Shown here piece by piece: positions 38,070-49,080 of a stretch of DNA of 64,000 nt (position 1 is the first letter of the stretch; every line of letters begins with the position of its first letter). Where the stretch lies: IMG/VR virus record IMGVR_UViG_3300046683_000929, positions 1-64,000 of that record. One strand, 5' to 3'. Source of the stretch: a virus. A program made the translations under genes and the position numbers. The notes below the pieces were generated by a model, which was not told the DNA's origin, made no database searches, and was given only the letters and a program-made list of their open reading frames with translations.

Positions 38070-38444
38070 TTAGTAATACGTATCAGCCTTTTCGTTGTCG
38101 TCTTTATAATCTGTTACTACAAACCCAGTCCATGTACCTCTTACCAGAAGCTTTCTTTTACATCCCTGGCAGTTCATTGTATATTGCATTTCATGAGACT
38201 CTCCAACTTCTTGCTCACAAGTACAAATAGGGCATTTAAATATGGATGATACTGTAGAGATATGACATGCCACTTTTGGCTGCGCGATCCATTCGAATAT
38301 TGACGAAAACCCGAATTTATGACAGATAATATCTGCCTGCTTTTGGTAGTCATCTTTACGAACTCCTTTAAACATCCCAGCCTTTTTTAAACCGGCAAAG
38401 TCAAAGTGCTGTTCCATGAAACTTTTTAATGCTATATCAACCAT
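38070..38444 (-). CDS. Zn-ribbon protein
   Basis: CPIC...CQGC. Confidence 0.7.
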   Translation of the reverse strand: MVDIALKSFMEQHFDFAGLKKAGMFKGVRKDDYQKQADIICHKFGFSSIFEWIAQPKVACHISTVSSIFKCPICTCEQEVGESHEMQYTMNCQGCKRKLLVRGTWTGFVVTDYKDDNEKADTYY

Positions 38445-38501
38445 ATTTTAAAATTAAAGAAGGCGCTGATATAAGTATCGATGCGCGATAAGCTAAAATA
38501 C

Positions 38502-41500
38502 TTACTTTTTCTTTTTAATTTCCTGCCCCTCAGCAACTATCTTTTGATAACTAAACTTTTCAATGAGTTTCTGTTTAGCATATTGCGCTGCTACTGTAGC
38601 AGCTCGCTTCGGTGCCATTCCCCTCTTTTCAAGCTCCTGCTGTTTGGGCTCTTTTATCTGCTCGTAGTAGTCCTGGTGTTCTTGACTAAGCTCTATAACT
38701 TTACTTCCAACTTTTAGTGGAGTAGGCTGGCTAAGATCACGATAATTGGGCTCATGAAATTTACTGGCCAATCCATATTCTACTTGCTTCCGCAGCGCAT
38801 CTACAGACCGGTTAAAGTCGGCATCATTTAAACCGGCAAAGGCGAGCATGTTTGATAACATACTACTCGCAATCACCGCTTTCTGATAAGGGGTAATATT
38901 AACTGGTACACCATATTTATCAGTGTTGTCGAAAATACGGTACGTGTCTTTGGCGATATCCCCCATGCCGTTAAATGCAGCCCCATACATACCATAATTG
39001 TTCGCTTCGGATATCTGTTGCCCTACTGATATATTTGGCTCATAGAAAAACTCACTATTGGTTAATTTATTGATTCCGCGCTGGGCCGCATCCTGTGGGG
39101 CGTTACCCAATCCGCCGAAAAAATAATTACCTAAAACGTTGGTATACCATTGCTGCAAGAAATTATCTCTTTTCTGCTGCAACTTAATATCTATTTTATC
39201 AAGCACATCTTTTTTCTCTTTATCGTCCCCAAAAATAGATGTAAGGCCATAAGCAAGCCCTTTAGTGACAAGTGCTGTTATTCCATACCCAATTGATAGT
39301 TTAATCCCCTGGAAGAACGTTTCCTCTACCAAAGCACTCATTAACGATTTCGCAGCGACGCCGGCCTGGTTCTTTCTATAGTCAGCATCAACAAATGTGT
39401 CCTTACTGGCAATAGTTCTGAAATTTTCAGTCAACGTCTGAAATTTATGCATGTTGAAAGAGCCAAACGGGAATAACAATGTTTTGGCCGCCATGTAGAA
39501 AGCATTGTTGGAATTAATCAACTTTGACCTGGCTGATTTTGAATTTTCATTCAGTTGCTTAGCGGTCATATTCTCTGCGTAGTCGGCAGCTTCCCTGTTT
39601 GGGGTTTCCGCTTCTTTTGCCCAGTCAATTGCTTTAAAATCTACCGCTTTCCCGTTTTTCATTAGATGATCAGCATAGTAGGTAACCCACGCCCATTCCC
39701 CTGTTTTTACGTCCCCATACTTTATAGGTTTCGCTATCTTTCTATCTACCGTTGTGCCGTCAGGATTTAATTGAAGTAAGTACTTGTCAATTACTGTTTC
39801 GGTGTGATCGAACATTTTTTTGATCACACCTTTCTCATCGTTCCCTTTTATCGTATTATCCTTATCGGCCAGCGCCTCGTCGCGCAGGGTATTCAGCGAC
39901 GCCATGTTATCGCCACGCTCACTGATAGGATGTTTTTTTATCAGCGCCTTAACCTCATCGCTATTTAGCACGCTCGCGGCATCACGCATTAGCTTCGCAT
40001 CGCCGCCGATATTAACCAGGGTATTGAAGATGGTGGCAGATGCTTGTTTTACCAAAGCCGAATAACTCAACAACTGTTTAAATGTACCTAGTTTAGTGAT
40101 GATGTTTAAGCCCTGCTTCATTAACCTCAGCTCCTTTTCGCCAACGCTATTATTCAGACCCATCTCATTCAGGACATTGTTGCGTACAGTCTCTTTATAC
40201 ATCTGGTGGTTTTCGTTCCCCAAAGCATCCCGCAGCGTACGATTTTTCAATGCCTCGTCAAAGATCTGCCGGCTTTTTAAAGTATGGATATCGCTGAGCT
40301 GATCTTTGATGTTCTGATTTTGCACGTCGAAGAAGTTAAGGTTTAAAACCTTTTGCTTTTCGCCCGATTTTGAAGCCAGCGGATCTCCTTTCACACGCTG
40401 CAGCGTCGCTACCGATCCGTTGGTAGTATTTTGCTCCATAGCAGTAAATCCGAGGCCCTCCCCACTTACTACATCCACCAAGCCGGTACCAAGAAACCTA
40501 TAACCATCCCGCATGTGATTGCCCCATGCTTCATATGGCATGTTCAATTGACGCTTTACCACATCCTGGTGCGCAGGTCGTAGTTCATCATCCGCAGCAC
40601 GATAAACATCATAAACTTTACGCTCACCAGGTTCCAGAAATTCAATCTGGCGAATCTGATCATAACTCAGGTTCTTTAATTGATCGCCATCCGAAACATC
40701 AATTCCAGTTGCATCTTTGATTTTATCTGAAAACCCCTGCCAAATATCCCTTTCTATGGCAGCTTCGCTATTATCGTTTTTAAGGCCCTCGGCGGCTTTC
40801 AATTCAATATCCCGCTTGATTATATCAACCCTGCGAATAAGCTCGGCATTCTGCTGCTCTGGCGATGAGAACTCCCTATTTTGATTTATGTAGGAAAACA
40901 AAGAAAGGCGCTGGATTGACTCCGGGCTTTTTGCAATTGTCGGATTCTCTTTAAAAACAACCTCCAGTTTTTTACCTATTAATTCATCATACCTATGTTT
41001 CGCCTGTGCAAAGCCATTCCTAATTTCATCAAAGTGGCTACCGGTATTAAGCTTGCTGAGGAAATCAAAATCGTTATTGGCTATTCGGCTCATTATAACA
41101 CTTAGGTTCGCCCCAACAGCCCGCAATTCACCGAGTTTAGTTTTAAACCTGGCACTTTTGCTTTTACGCCCTGTCTCTTCCAAGTAATTAGGTAATTTTA
41201 ATGCCCCCTCGTCTCCATTACCAATGGCTTTCGCCTCGAAAATACCTATTCCACTATGATCGTCATTATTGATCACATTCTCCAATACGTTATTAAACAA
41301 CCGAAGTGTATCAGCATCCTGCCCGGCCAGCGGCACCTCTTTAAGGATTTTCAAGCTTTCCTTCTGCTCTGGCGACATTGATGTATCTATTTCGATTAGA
41401 TCCTGTTTAGCCGAAGCAATATTCTCCAATGACTCCCGAAGCGTTTCTGAAAGTTCATTTGGCTTATCGTTGATGGTGTCAAGTATTTTATGAAAATCCT

Positions 41501-44500
41501 CCGCAGGTGTATCAGCCACGGAGTTACCTTCCGGATCAATACGAATACTGTCCTTTACCGATTGCTTGTAGATATCCAGCGCATCATTGATGTTATTTAA
41601 CTTTTTAATCTTTTCATTGTAGGTGGTATCCGGATCACGAAGAACACGGCTTACGGTACTGGCTATTTCCGACCTATCCGGCAGCGTACTGAACTGCGTT
41701 TGCTTATAATTGAATAAATCATCTCCATAATAAAACTCCTGGTGGTTTTGAATTATATCGTCAGCCCTCGTAGTTAAATTATGCTCTCTTTCCTCATTTA
41801 TAAAATCATGGACTTCCTGCATAGGTACAGAACTGAATTCCTTCATCCTTTGCCCATTGTTGATGTCATCCAAAATTCTATTTAATCGCTTTACATCTTT
41901 GGCATCATATGGGTTGATGGTAACCAAGTCCTTTATGGCATCTTTTATGTTTTGAGGAACAAAGGAGGCTTTTAATAATTGCCGGGCATCCTGTATCCCA
42001 GACCGGGCATCCTGTACATCGCGGATAACTTCGGCATCCTTTGCTGCCCGCGCAACGAAGTCACGAAACCGATCAAGGCCCCTCTCTGTCTTAACTGAGT
42101 TTAACTGATTGGCAAAGCCCAGCAATTGCTTATCACTGAATTTTATTTTACCAAATGCGCCAGACTTATTTAAGTCGACGATGATATTCTTTATTTCCTT
42201 ACGGATATTATTGAAATTGTCTTTAAGGGCCTTTGTCTGATCTTGGCGAAGTTGTTTTTCCTTGGCCAACCTTTCATCATACTTACCTTTTAGCTCTTTA
42301 AGTTTTGCTTTCTGCTTTTCTCCCTGGTCACGAACATACTCACCAAACTTCTCTTTGGTCAAATCGCGCTCCTTTTGTAACCTGTCGGCAGCTACTTCTT
42401 TTTGATAGCGATCATATTCCAGGAACGCAGCTTTCTGCTCCAGTTGAGCAGCTTTAAACCCAGCATTAAAATCACGATTAGCCTTCGCAATTGTTTCGCG
42501 GACAGGGGCCAGGTTCTTTTTTAAATTCGCAAATGAAATATCGTCACCAGCAGCCTGCTTTTCTTTTATCCAATCCAAAACCCGACCGGCATATTCGGCA
42601 CTTGTTTCGCCGGCCTGGCGAAGAGGCCGTTGCTTTTGCTCGGAAACAGCATCCGAAAATTCCTTATTACCGATATCGCCGATCTTAACTTCGCTCAATA
42701 AGTATTTGGAGTTAATGGTATCCAAAAACTCATGCATGCTCATGTTCTTTATATTCTTGAACTTGCTGATATCATAGCCTGTTTTCTCCAATACATAACG
42801 CTGAAATTTAATCCAGCTATCATTGATGAATTTTGCCACAGTGCCGCGTGTGCCGCTGTTCTTTATAACTTCATTAAGCTTCCCTTCTCCATCGCGGCCC
42901 AGCATGGTAACAAAAGCCTCTTCACCCATCCTATTGCCAGATAACTCATATCCTTTTTGGCGAAGCTCAGCATGAACGCCGGCTGCATCATTGCCGATAC
43001 GGATCATTCTATCCCATAAGCCAGGCGCGTTTTCTCTGGCCCACCTGGTTAAGATATGCCCAAACTCGTGAATCTGCGTGTCAGCATTTACTCTTTCAGG
43101 GTTAAAATGAATTATGTTCTTTGTATCTACGAAAGCGTTGGGTAAAGCGTCGCCTGTAGCCTCAATACCGACTTTCTTAGCCTCTCTTTCAAACGAATCA
43201 ACATCGGAATGGAATTTCGTTTCGACGCTGGGGAAAACCTTCTCTAAAAGGTTCTGGATAGCCTTGGCGCGTTCCGGTGGAAGCTTATCGCCTTCCCCCA
43301 ATTGAAATGGCAAGTCGCCTTCTTTTGGCGTTGGCCTTTCATCCAACCGACCCTCCTTTTCTTCCCGTTGCTCTAAAAATGACCCTAAAGTAGTACCTAA
43401 ACTTTGCAGGAATTTTTCTTTTTGCTCTGGCAATTCCTTGCCGCTTAGCACCTCTTTTAAGCCTAACTCTACCTTTTGAATTTTGTTTATGCCCAAGACG
43501 TTTTTGACGGCGCTTAAAAGCTCATTATACCACGCTTTTGCTTTGCCAATCCATGTATTGCCAGCGTTAGAAGACTTAATAAATGAATCAGCCGCATTTA
43601 CAGCCCACCATTCCGATGGTGAAAAAAATTCATAGTAGCCATGTGGAACTACCCTGCTTCTAAAAATATCCTTTAACTCTTTACGGATCTCTTCCCTTTT
43701 GGCATAATCGTTTTCGGTTTGCATTTGATCTGCCAAAGTAAGATATCTAATAGCCTTGGATAATTTGGCTTTTTCTTTCTCATCTTTTGATGCATCTATC
43801 TTGTCTTCTAATAAAGACTTTTCTTTATGCAGGCTGTCACCCCACTCTTTTAAAATACCGTCCCTAATTTCAGTAGGTAAAAATCGCTCGGTGTGATGGA
43901 ATATTTCATGAATTGCTGTGCTTTTTGAATTGTCCTTAAATAGAGTTATTAAAGCATCTTGGCTACTGTATTGCCCTGCGGCAAATTTGTCTTTTTTAAG
44001 CGTGATATTGATAGCTAAGTCTTTAAATAGCTCAGGGTTCTTATTTAATAACGCACTGGCCAAATCAGCTGATTCCTGGCTAATTTTCCCTGCCTTGACG
44101 CCCTGCGATATTCTTTTCGAAACAAATTCGACTCCGCGCCTCGATGGTTCAAGATCACGAACTGCTTTTTCAGCAATCTTTAGTGCTTTTTCAGCATTAA
44201 TAATGTGCTGCGGGAACTTGCTTAACATATCCTCTATCGATTTTCCTTGTTTCATCAAGTACTTATAATCCCATTTTGGCTTTCCAGTAGCAAGCAATTT
44301 TTCAAGATAGGCTTTGTTTCTGTATACATTCCCTAATTCATTTTTAGCCCTTCTAAGTTTATAGTTAGCCTCTTCACGGGACTTGTCTAATCCATAGTCG
44401 GCATCTTCCCCAGAATCGTCCTGGTAAGGCGATGATAGCTCATTAGTTATTTTTTCTGATCCGCCTGTTCCTTCTTGTGAGATAGCACCGCTACCTTCAC

Positions 44501-47500
44501 CCGGACTTGCAAATTCTTCACCATTTGCATTATCTCCGGCTTTGTCATTGTTTTTTTCATCTAAAATATCGTTAACTATAGTTTTTAAATCCGCAGGCAC
44601 CTCTTCTCCATTAAACACATCGTGCCAAATGTTGAACATATTCGATGGATCGTCAGCATAATCATTGAACTGATCGCGGACGTTTTCTAAAACGTGTTCT
44701 GGGTCGTTTAATGACGGATCACTTAATTTGTCTTCTATGAACTTACTAACCTTGTCTTCGTTGGCCAACCCGTCGTATTCGTTTTGTATGGCACGGATCT
44801 CGCCCATGGTTACGTTGCCGTATTGCCTGGCAAGATTTTTTGCGAACCTATTACTAATTTCCTTACCGGTTAGTTCAGCATATCTATCCGATATAGCTTT
44901 CAATTCAGCGTTGCCGGCAGCTGTGGTATAAGTTGCGGCACCTCCCGGATAGTTGATCATAAATTCTGCCAGGTCGTTCGCAGTTACCTTATCTTCTCCG
45001 TTAAAGGACTGGCGATTTATTTCATCGGCTTGATTATTTAAGTCAGCATCGCCGCCGTCTTTTCTAAAATAATTTAGACGGATACCACCGGTTTCATTAT
45101 TAGGATCGTTCACTCGTCCAAACTCTTCCGAATTGGTGCGCGGGCCATAAGCCGCTATGGCTGCCTCAATACTGCCGGTATCCTGAAGTTCTTTTACCTT
45201 ATCGTCATACATGCGGGCAACCTCTTCCGGATTATCTGTACCATGAAGACGCGCTTCCTGCTCAGGGGCATCAAGTTTATCAGTATCAAAACCAAATAGG
45301 CTTTTAATATCTTCTTTCGGCAGGGACATTTCTGTACCATCATCAAACTTGACATTGAACTCGCCCGCTTTACCTGGAGTAATATTTACTGGGTTGAATT
45401 CTTTGGACCTGTATTGAAATTCCCCTTCGTTAACGTTATTGTTATCGACTTGGCCGGTTCCTTGCTCGCCTCCGTTTCCGGGCAAACTTTCTCCAGCAAC
45501 TGCATTAACTCCATTTCTTTCACTATCGACTGGTAGAGCCCCTTCGGCATTTCCTGTATTCGGAGATACGGTTTGAGCCCTTTCAATTGGAGTTGGTCGT
45601 TCTCCTGGCTCTTCAATATGTTGTTCTCCATGTATTTCGTCTGCTTTATTAAGTAAGTCAACCTGAATATCTGTCCTTTTTTCGACTAAATCAATTAAAT
45701 TATCGACAGCTTCCGGATTAGCTACTGGATCCGATCCAGTAGGGGATGCCTGAATATTATCAATTTCAGAAGTTAAATTTTCTACATTATCCTTGTTGAT
45801 ATTTTGCTCAAGCTTTTTAGGATTCAATAAATTATCAATCTGATCAAATTTAGATATAAGTATCGCCTTGTCATCCGGCTTGATATCAGACTGAGCGATT
45901 GAGTGCACAAATCCATCTTTATCATTAATTATGGCATTAGCTACTCCTTTTGCATCAGATGCCCGCGCATAGGTTTTGGCCAACAAAATGAGCTGCGCTT
46001 TTTTATCGGGATCGGTTTCGAGCCGAGCCTGAGCAGCAACATCTAAAGCCTTCGCATTTAAATCACCGGAGGAAACCGGACTATTGTATGCTTCTATAAT
46101 TGCTTCAGGAGTAGCTCTATTAAAATTCTCTAAAGCGTCTGTCTGCCTGGCGTTCATATAGGTTTTGATTTCGTCGTTCGCGAAATTATTAGCCTTTACA
46201 CCTGCGTATGCTTTCAAACCTCCAAATACCAAACCAGTGCCAATCCCAGATTCTATTTGACGCTTCAAATCCTCTTTATCAATTGGCTGTCCATCGATTA
46301 AAGCAGCGCCTCCAACCTGAACTATTGGCGCGGCACCAAATATCGTTGCATCCGACAAAATATCTACGCCGCCCTTTGTTATTGCACCATTAGCTGTAAC
46401 AAGCCCGCGTTTTACAAGCTGACTAAACCAAGCATCTGACATCTTGCCGGCAATTCCACCAAGCACACCAGCAGAGACTCCGCTTACCGCTCCTTGCCCT
46501 GCCCCTTTCGCAGCAGCAATAGCAGCATCAGGCTCATCTTCCCCATGCTGCTCTGCCTCGCCATATGACTGTAAAGCTCCTTTAGCGACCATCCATTTTG
46601 TAAATGGGTTCCATACGTATCGTCCAAGCGTGTTTAGTGCCGTAGGGATTTCTGCGGCTTTCGACTCAGGAAGCAATGCGGTTGCGGCGACATCGGGTAA
46701 GAAATCAGTCATATCTTTTGTGACACGACCTGCAATAGTATTCGGAAGCGGAAGGGCATTCATTACATAATCTGCTTTTTTTGTTTGCCCATCAAGACCA
46801 AGTATCATCTTACCTAATGGGTCGGTAGCCCCATCTTCTTCAACTATCTTTCCATACGGGCTTAAAGAACCATCTTCATTATAGAGCTTTATAGCCGGTA
46901 TTCCGTTAATATTATAATTTCTTGTCAGATTAACCAAACCAGAAAGTGTTTTGGTTACTGTACTAGAGGTTGCGCCAGCGAGTTGCGCCGGAACGTTTAG
47001 CCACGATTCTTCTTTGGTGTTTTCATGGATTCTCTTTTTAATATCCTCAGATATTTTCAAGTCCTCCTCTGCTGCATCTTGATAGGCAATATCACTGCCA
47101 TATTGAGCTACGCGCCGTTGTTCCCTTCCAACAGGCGTGAGTTTATTATAAGACGCATTAGCGTTTAGTACCTGTTGTAATGCGGCGCGAGACTCTGGCG
47201 TATCCTGGGTGGTTAAATGACCTATTAGGTCATCTGTTTTTTTATTCTCGGCAACAAGCCTTAATTGATCTTGTATAGCAAATTGCTTTACTGTATCATT
47301 ATTGAAGTCAGACTGCTCTTTATCTGCTATACCATTTGCCTGAGTTACCGCAGCGTCTTTATCTTCTTGTTTTACAAAAGGTATAGGACTTGCTTTTTTA
47401 GAAAATGGCAGAACAGGAATGCCATTAACCAGGGAACTTTGGAAAGGTGCTAATCCAGAATCTGATGAGGATGAAGAAGGCGTACCATCGCTGCCACCGG

Positions 47501-47591
47501 GATTTTTTTTTTCACCGAGAATTCCCAGTGGATCAATTGCCGGTGCAGATGATTTCTTTAAGATGCCAAGTGGGTCGTGTGCGCCGTCCAT
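38502..47591 (-). CDS. Giant (3029 aa) putative internal virion/ejected polyvalent protein with two zincin-like HExxH motifs
   Basis: IHEIFH and IHEFGH motifs, Ala/Gly-rich N-terminal region, coiled coils; last of three helical genes after the tail genes. Confidence 0.65.
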   Translation of the reverse strand: MDGAHDPLGILKKSSAPAIDPLGILGEKKNPGGSDGTPSSSSSDSGLAPFQSSLVNGIPVLPFSKKASPIPFVKQEDKDAAVTQANGIADKEQSDFNNDTVKQFAIQDQLRLVAENKKTDDLIGHLTTQDTPESRAALQQVLNANASYNKLTPVGREQRRVAQYGSDIAYQDAAEEDLKISEDIKKRIHENTKEESWLNVPAQLAGATSSTVTKTLSGLVNLTRNYNINGIPAIKLYNEDGSLSPYGKIVEEDGATDPLGKMILGLDGQTKKADYVMNALPLPNTIAGRVTKDMTDFLPDVAATALLPESKAAEIPTALNTLGRYVWNPFTKWMVAKGALQSYGEAEQHGEDEPDAAIAAAKGAGQGAVSGVSAGVLGGIAGKMSDAWFSQLVKRGLVTANGAITKGGVDILSDATIFGAAPIVQVGGAALIDGQPIDKEDLKRQIESGIGTGLVFGGLKAYAGVKANNFANDEIKTYMNARQTDALENFNRATPEAIIEAYNSPVSSGDLNAKALDVAAQARLETDPDKKAQLILLAKTYARASDAKGVANAIINDKDGFVHSIAQSDIKPDDKAILISKFDQIDNLLNPKKLEQNINKDNVENLTSEIDNIQASPTGSDPVANPEAVDNLIDLVEKRTDIQVDLLNKADEIHGEQHIEEPGERPTPIERAQTVSPNTGNAEGALPVDSERNGVNAVAGESLPGNGGEQGTGQVDNNNVNEGEFQYRSKEFNPVNITPGKAGEFNVKFDDGTEMSLPKEDIKSLFGFDTDKLDAPEQEARLHGTDNPEEVARMYDDKVKELQDTGSIEAAIAAYGPRTNSEEFGRVNDPNNETGGIRLNYFRKDGGDADLNNQADEINRQSFNGEDKVTANDLAEFMINYPGGAATYTTAAGNAELKAISDRYAELTGKEISNRFAKNLARQYGNVTMGEIRAIQNEYDGLANEDKVSKFIEDKLSDPSLNDPEHVLENVRDQFNDYADDPSNMFNIWHDVFNGEEVPADLKTIVNDILDEKNNDKAGDNANGEEFASPGEGSGAISQEGTGGSEKITNELSSPYQDDSGEDADYGLDKSREEANYKLRRAKNELGNVYRNKAYLEKLLATGKPKWDYKYLMKQGKSIEDMLSKFPQHIINAEKALKIAEKAVRDLEPSRRGVEFVSKRISQGVKAGKISQESADLASALLNKNPELFKDLAINITLKKDKFAAGQYSSQDALITLFKDNSKSTAIHEIFHHTERFLPTEIRDGILKEWGDSLHKEKSLLEDKIDASKDEKEKAKLSKAIRYLTLADQMQTENDYAKREEIRKELKDIFRSRVVPHGYYEFFSPSEWWAVNAADSFIKSSNAGNTWIGKAKAWYNELLSAVKNVLGINKIQKVELGLKEVLSGKELPEQKEKFLQSLGTTLGSFLEQREEKEGRLDERPTPKEGDLPFQLGEGDKLPPERAKAIQNLLEKVFPSVETKFHSDVDSFEREAKKVGIEATGDALPNAFVDTKNIIHFNPERVNADTQIHEFGHILTRWARENAPGLWDRMIRIGNDAAGVHAELRQKGYELSGNRMGEEAFVTMLGRDGEGKLNEVIKNSGTRGTVAKFINDSWIKFQRYVLEKTGYDISKFKNIKNMSMHEFLDTINSKYLLSEVKIGDIGNKEFSDAVSEQKQRPLRQAGETSAEYAGRVLDWIKEKQAAGDDISFANLKKNLAPVRETIAKANRDFNAGFKAAQLEQKAAFLEYDRYQKEVAADRLQKERDLTKEKFGEYVRDQGEKQKAKLKELKGKYDERLAKEKQLRQDQTKALKDNFNNIRKEIKNIIVDLNKSGAFGKIKFSDKQLLGFANQLNSVKTERGLDRFRDFVARAAKDAEVIRDVQDARSGIQDARQLLKASFVPQNIKDAIKDLVTINPYDAKDVKRLNRILDDINNGQRMKEFSSVPMQEVHDFINEEREHNLTTRADDIIQNHQEFYYGDDLFNYKQTQFSTLPDRSEIASTVSRVLRDPDTTYNEKIKKLNNINDALDIYKQSVKDSIRIDPEGNSVADTPAEDFHKILDTINDKPNELSETLRESLENIASAKQDLIEIDTSMSPEQKESLKILKEVPLAGQDADTLRLFNNVLENVINNDDHSGIGIFEAKAIGNGDEGALKLPNYLEETGRKSKSARFKTKLGELRAVGANLSVIMSRIANNDFDFLSKLNTGSHFDEIRNGFAQAKHRYDELIGKKLEVVFKENPTIAKSPESIQRLSLFSYINQNREFSSPEQQNAELIRRVDIIKRDIELKAAEGLKNDNSEAAIERDIWQGFSDKIKDATGIDVSDGDQLKNLSYDQIRQIEFLEPGERKVYDVYRAADDELRPAHQDVVKRQLNMPYEAWGNHMRDGYRFLGTGLVDVVSGEGLGFTAMEQNTTNGSVATLQRVKGDPLASKSGEKQKVLNLNFFDVQNQNIKDQLSDIHTLKSRQIFDEALKNRTLRDALGNENHQMYKETVRNNVLNEMGLNNSVGEKELRLMKQGLNIITKLGTFKQLLSYSALVKQASATIFNTLVNIGGDAKLMRDAASVLNSDEVKALIKKHPISERGDNMASLNTLRDEALADKDNTIKGNDEKGVIKKMFDHTETVIDKYLLQLNPDGTTVDRKIAKPIKYGDVKTGEWAWVTYYADHLMKNGKAVDFKAIDWAKEAETPNREAADYAENMTAKQLNENSKSARSKLINSNNAFYMAAKTLLFPFGSFNMHKFQTLTENFRTIASKDTFVDADYRKNQAGVAAKSLMSALVEETFFQGIKLSIGYGITALVTKGLAYGLTSIFGDDKEKKDVLDKIDIKLQQKRDNFLQQWYTNVLGNYFFGGLGNAPQDAAQRGINKLTNSEFFYEPNISVGQQISEANNYGMYGAAFNGMGDIAKDTYRIFDNTDKYGVPVNITPYQKAVIASSMLSNMLAFAGLNDADFNRSVDALRKQVEYGLASKFHEPNYRDLSQPTPLKVGSKVIELSQEHQDYYEQIKEPKQQELEKRGMAPKRAATVAAQYAKQKLIEKFSYQKIVAEGQEIKKKK

Positions 47592-47592
47592 G

Positions 47593-49077
47593 TTATTGTT
47601 TTAAATTTCCAAGACTAACTGCTTGCTGTATCTGATCTTCTGTATATCCAAGCTTAAGTAAGTCTGAATGGGTATAGGAGTTCCCGTTCGAGGCTTTAAA
47701 AGCTGCATTGGGATTTATCGCTGGGTTTTGAAGGCCGCCTTTAACATATCCCTTACCGTGGGCGCTTACTGCCTTACTCAAAGATACATGCTCTCCGGTT
47801 ATGTCATTTAATAATTGATTTAAGCCAGCCTGGTATGTTTCTGGATTTGACGAATCCAGTCTTACTGCATGCTTTTCAATGATATTGCCACCTACCGTCC
47901 TTTGAGGAATGATGAAAGTCTGGATATCCTTGTTCTTTTTATCGATATTTATTTCGAGCGGACCTCCAAATTGTTGATTGGCGGCAACAATAGCTTTAAG
48001 TTCTTCGCCCGCGCCAATACCCTTATCATTCTTAACACCTATCCTCGCCCTTTCAATTAAATCCTGGCGAACGGTCGGTGCATCATTAGGATCTTTTCCA
48101 TCGGCTTTTAATCGTGCTATATTTAACGCATTTTGTCGATCAAGCTCTTTTTGTGCAGCTTCAAACCCCTGGCGCATGCCTTCCGTTTGGCGCTGTTGTG
48201 CCCCCTGCGCTTTTATCGTTGCAAACTGATCTTCATTTACATCTGACTTTTTAATTTCATCAAGAGGCATATGGAGTTTTGCTTCATCTATAACAAACTG
48301 ATTATAGTCGTTATTGTGAAGGGCCTTAAGGCTGTCAGGCATATTGTCAAAAGCTTTACGCCTGGCCGATTCTAATCTTTGCCCGTATTGATCTACCCCG
48401 CTTACATTTTGGGCTAAGGCCATAAACTTTTTAGGGTCTACCTTTTCGCCTTCCTCTTTGGTGATATACTTCCCATCTGATTTTGATGTGGCGTATTTAT
48501 ATTTTGACAATTCCCCTATCGTCTTATAAAAGGCATCCGGATTATAAACAAGGGGTGGTTGCAATGCAAAAGGACGGCGCTGAGAAATTGGCGCTGCGAT
48601 AAACGCATCTATTTTTGCTTTATTTTCCGGCGTATTAAATTCCGGATGTTGATCAAGGAATTGTTGTTGTTTAGCTGCGTAGGTAGCATCCATTTGACTT
48701 TGGGCCAGGTTCTGACGAAATGCCCCTTCCCCTTGTTTTAGCTTTATAGCTTGCTGGGGATTACTCAATGGATTGCGGATAACGCTAAAATTATTTGCCA
48801 GATCTTTGCCAACACTGGCATATTGCCCCATCAACGCTGTCTGGTCGGTGCCAAGAATTCCTTTTGTATCGATAGAGCCATAGATATCCAGCGCAGCCTT
48901 CAAATTATCATCATGCTGTTTAAGTACATAATGATTGGCCTCTGCCTGCATATCGGCAGCATGTTGAAGATATCCAACCGTTGCCGCAGTATTTAATACA
49001 GGGTCAGCACCGCCATAGCCGCCTTGTGCATAATCTGCATCGCCTTTGGCGCTAAGAATCTCTGCTAATGATGGCAT
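47593..49077 (-). CDS. Putative ejection (internal virion) protein
   Basis: Gln/Ala-rich helical 494-aa protein; synteny. Confidence 0.55.
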   Translation of the reverse strand: MPSLAEILSAKGDADYAQGGYGGADPVLNTAATVGYLQHAADMQAEANHYVLKQHDDNLKAALDIYGSIDTKGILGTDQTALMGQYASVGKDLANNFSVIRNPLSNPQQAIKLKQGEGAFRQNLAQSQMDATYAAKQQQFLDQHPEFNTPENKAKIDAFIAAPISQRRPFALQPPLVYNPDAFYKTIGELSKYKYATSKSDGKYITKEEGEKVDPKKFMALAQNVSGVDQYGQRLESARRKAFDNMPDSLKALHNNDYNQFVIDEAKLHMPLDEIKKSDVNEDQFATIKAQGAQQRQTEGMRQGFEAAQKELDRQNALNIARLKADGKDPNDAPTVRQDLIERARIGVKNDKGIGAGEELKAIVAANQQFGGPLEINIDKKNKDIQTFIIPQRTVGGNIIEKHAVRLDSSNPETYQAGLNQLLNDITGEHVSLSKAVSAHGKGYVKGGLQNPAINPNAAFKASNGNSYTHSDLLKLGYTEDQIQQAVSLGNLKQ

Positions 49078-49080
49078 GGG

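Noticed and set aside
38502-47591. Virion RNA polymerase or DarB-like methylase/helicase
   Set aside because: No DxDGD/DFDID, NPPY/F or Walker/DExH motifs were seen.
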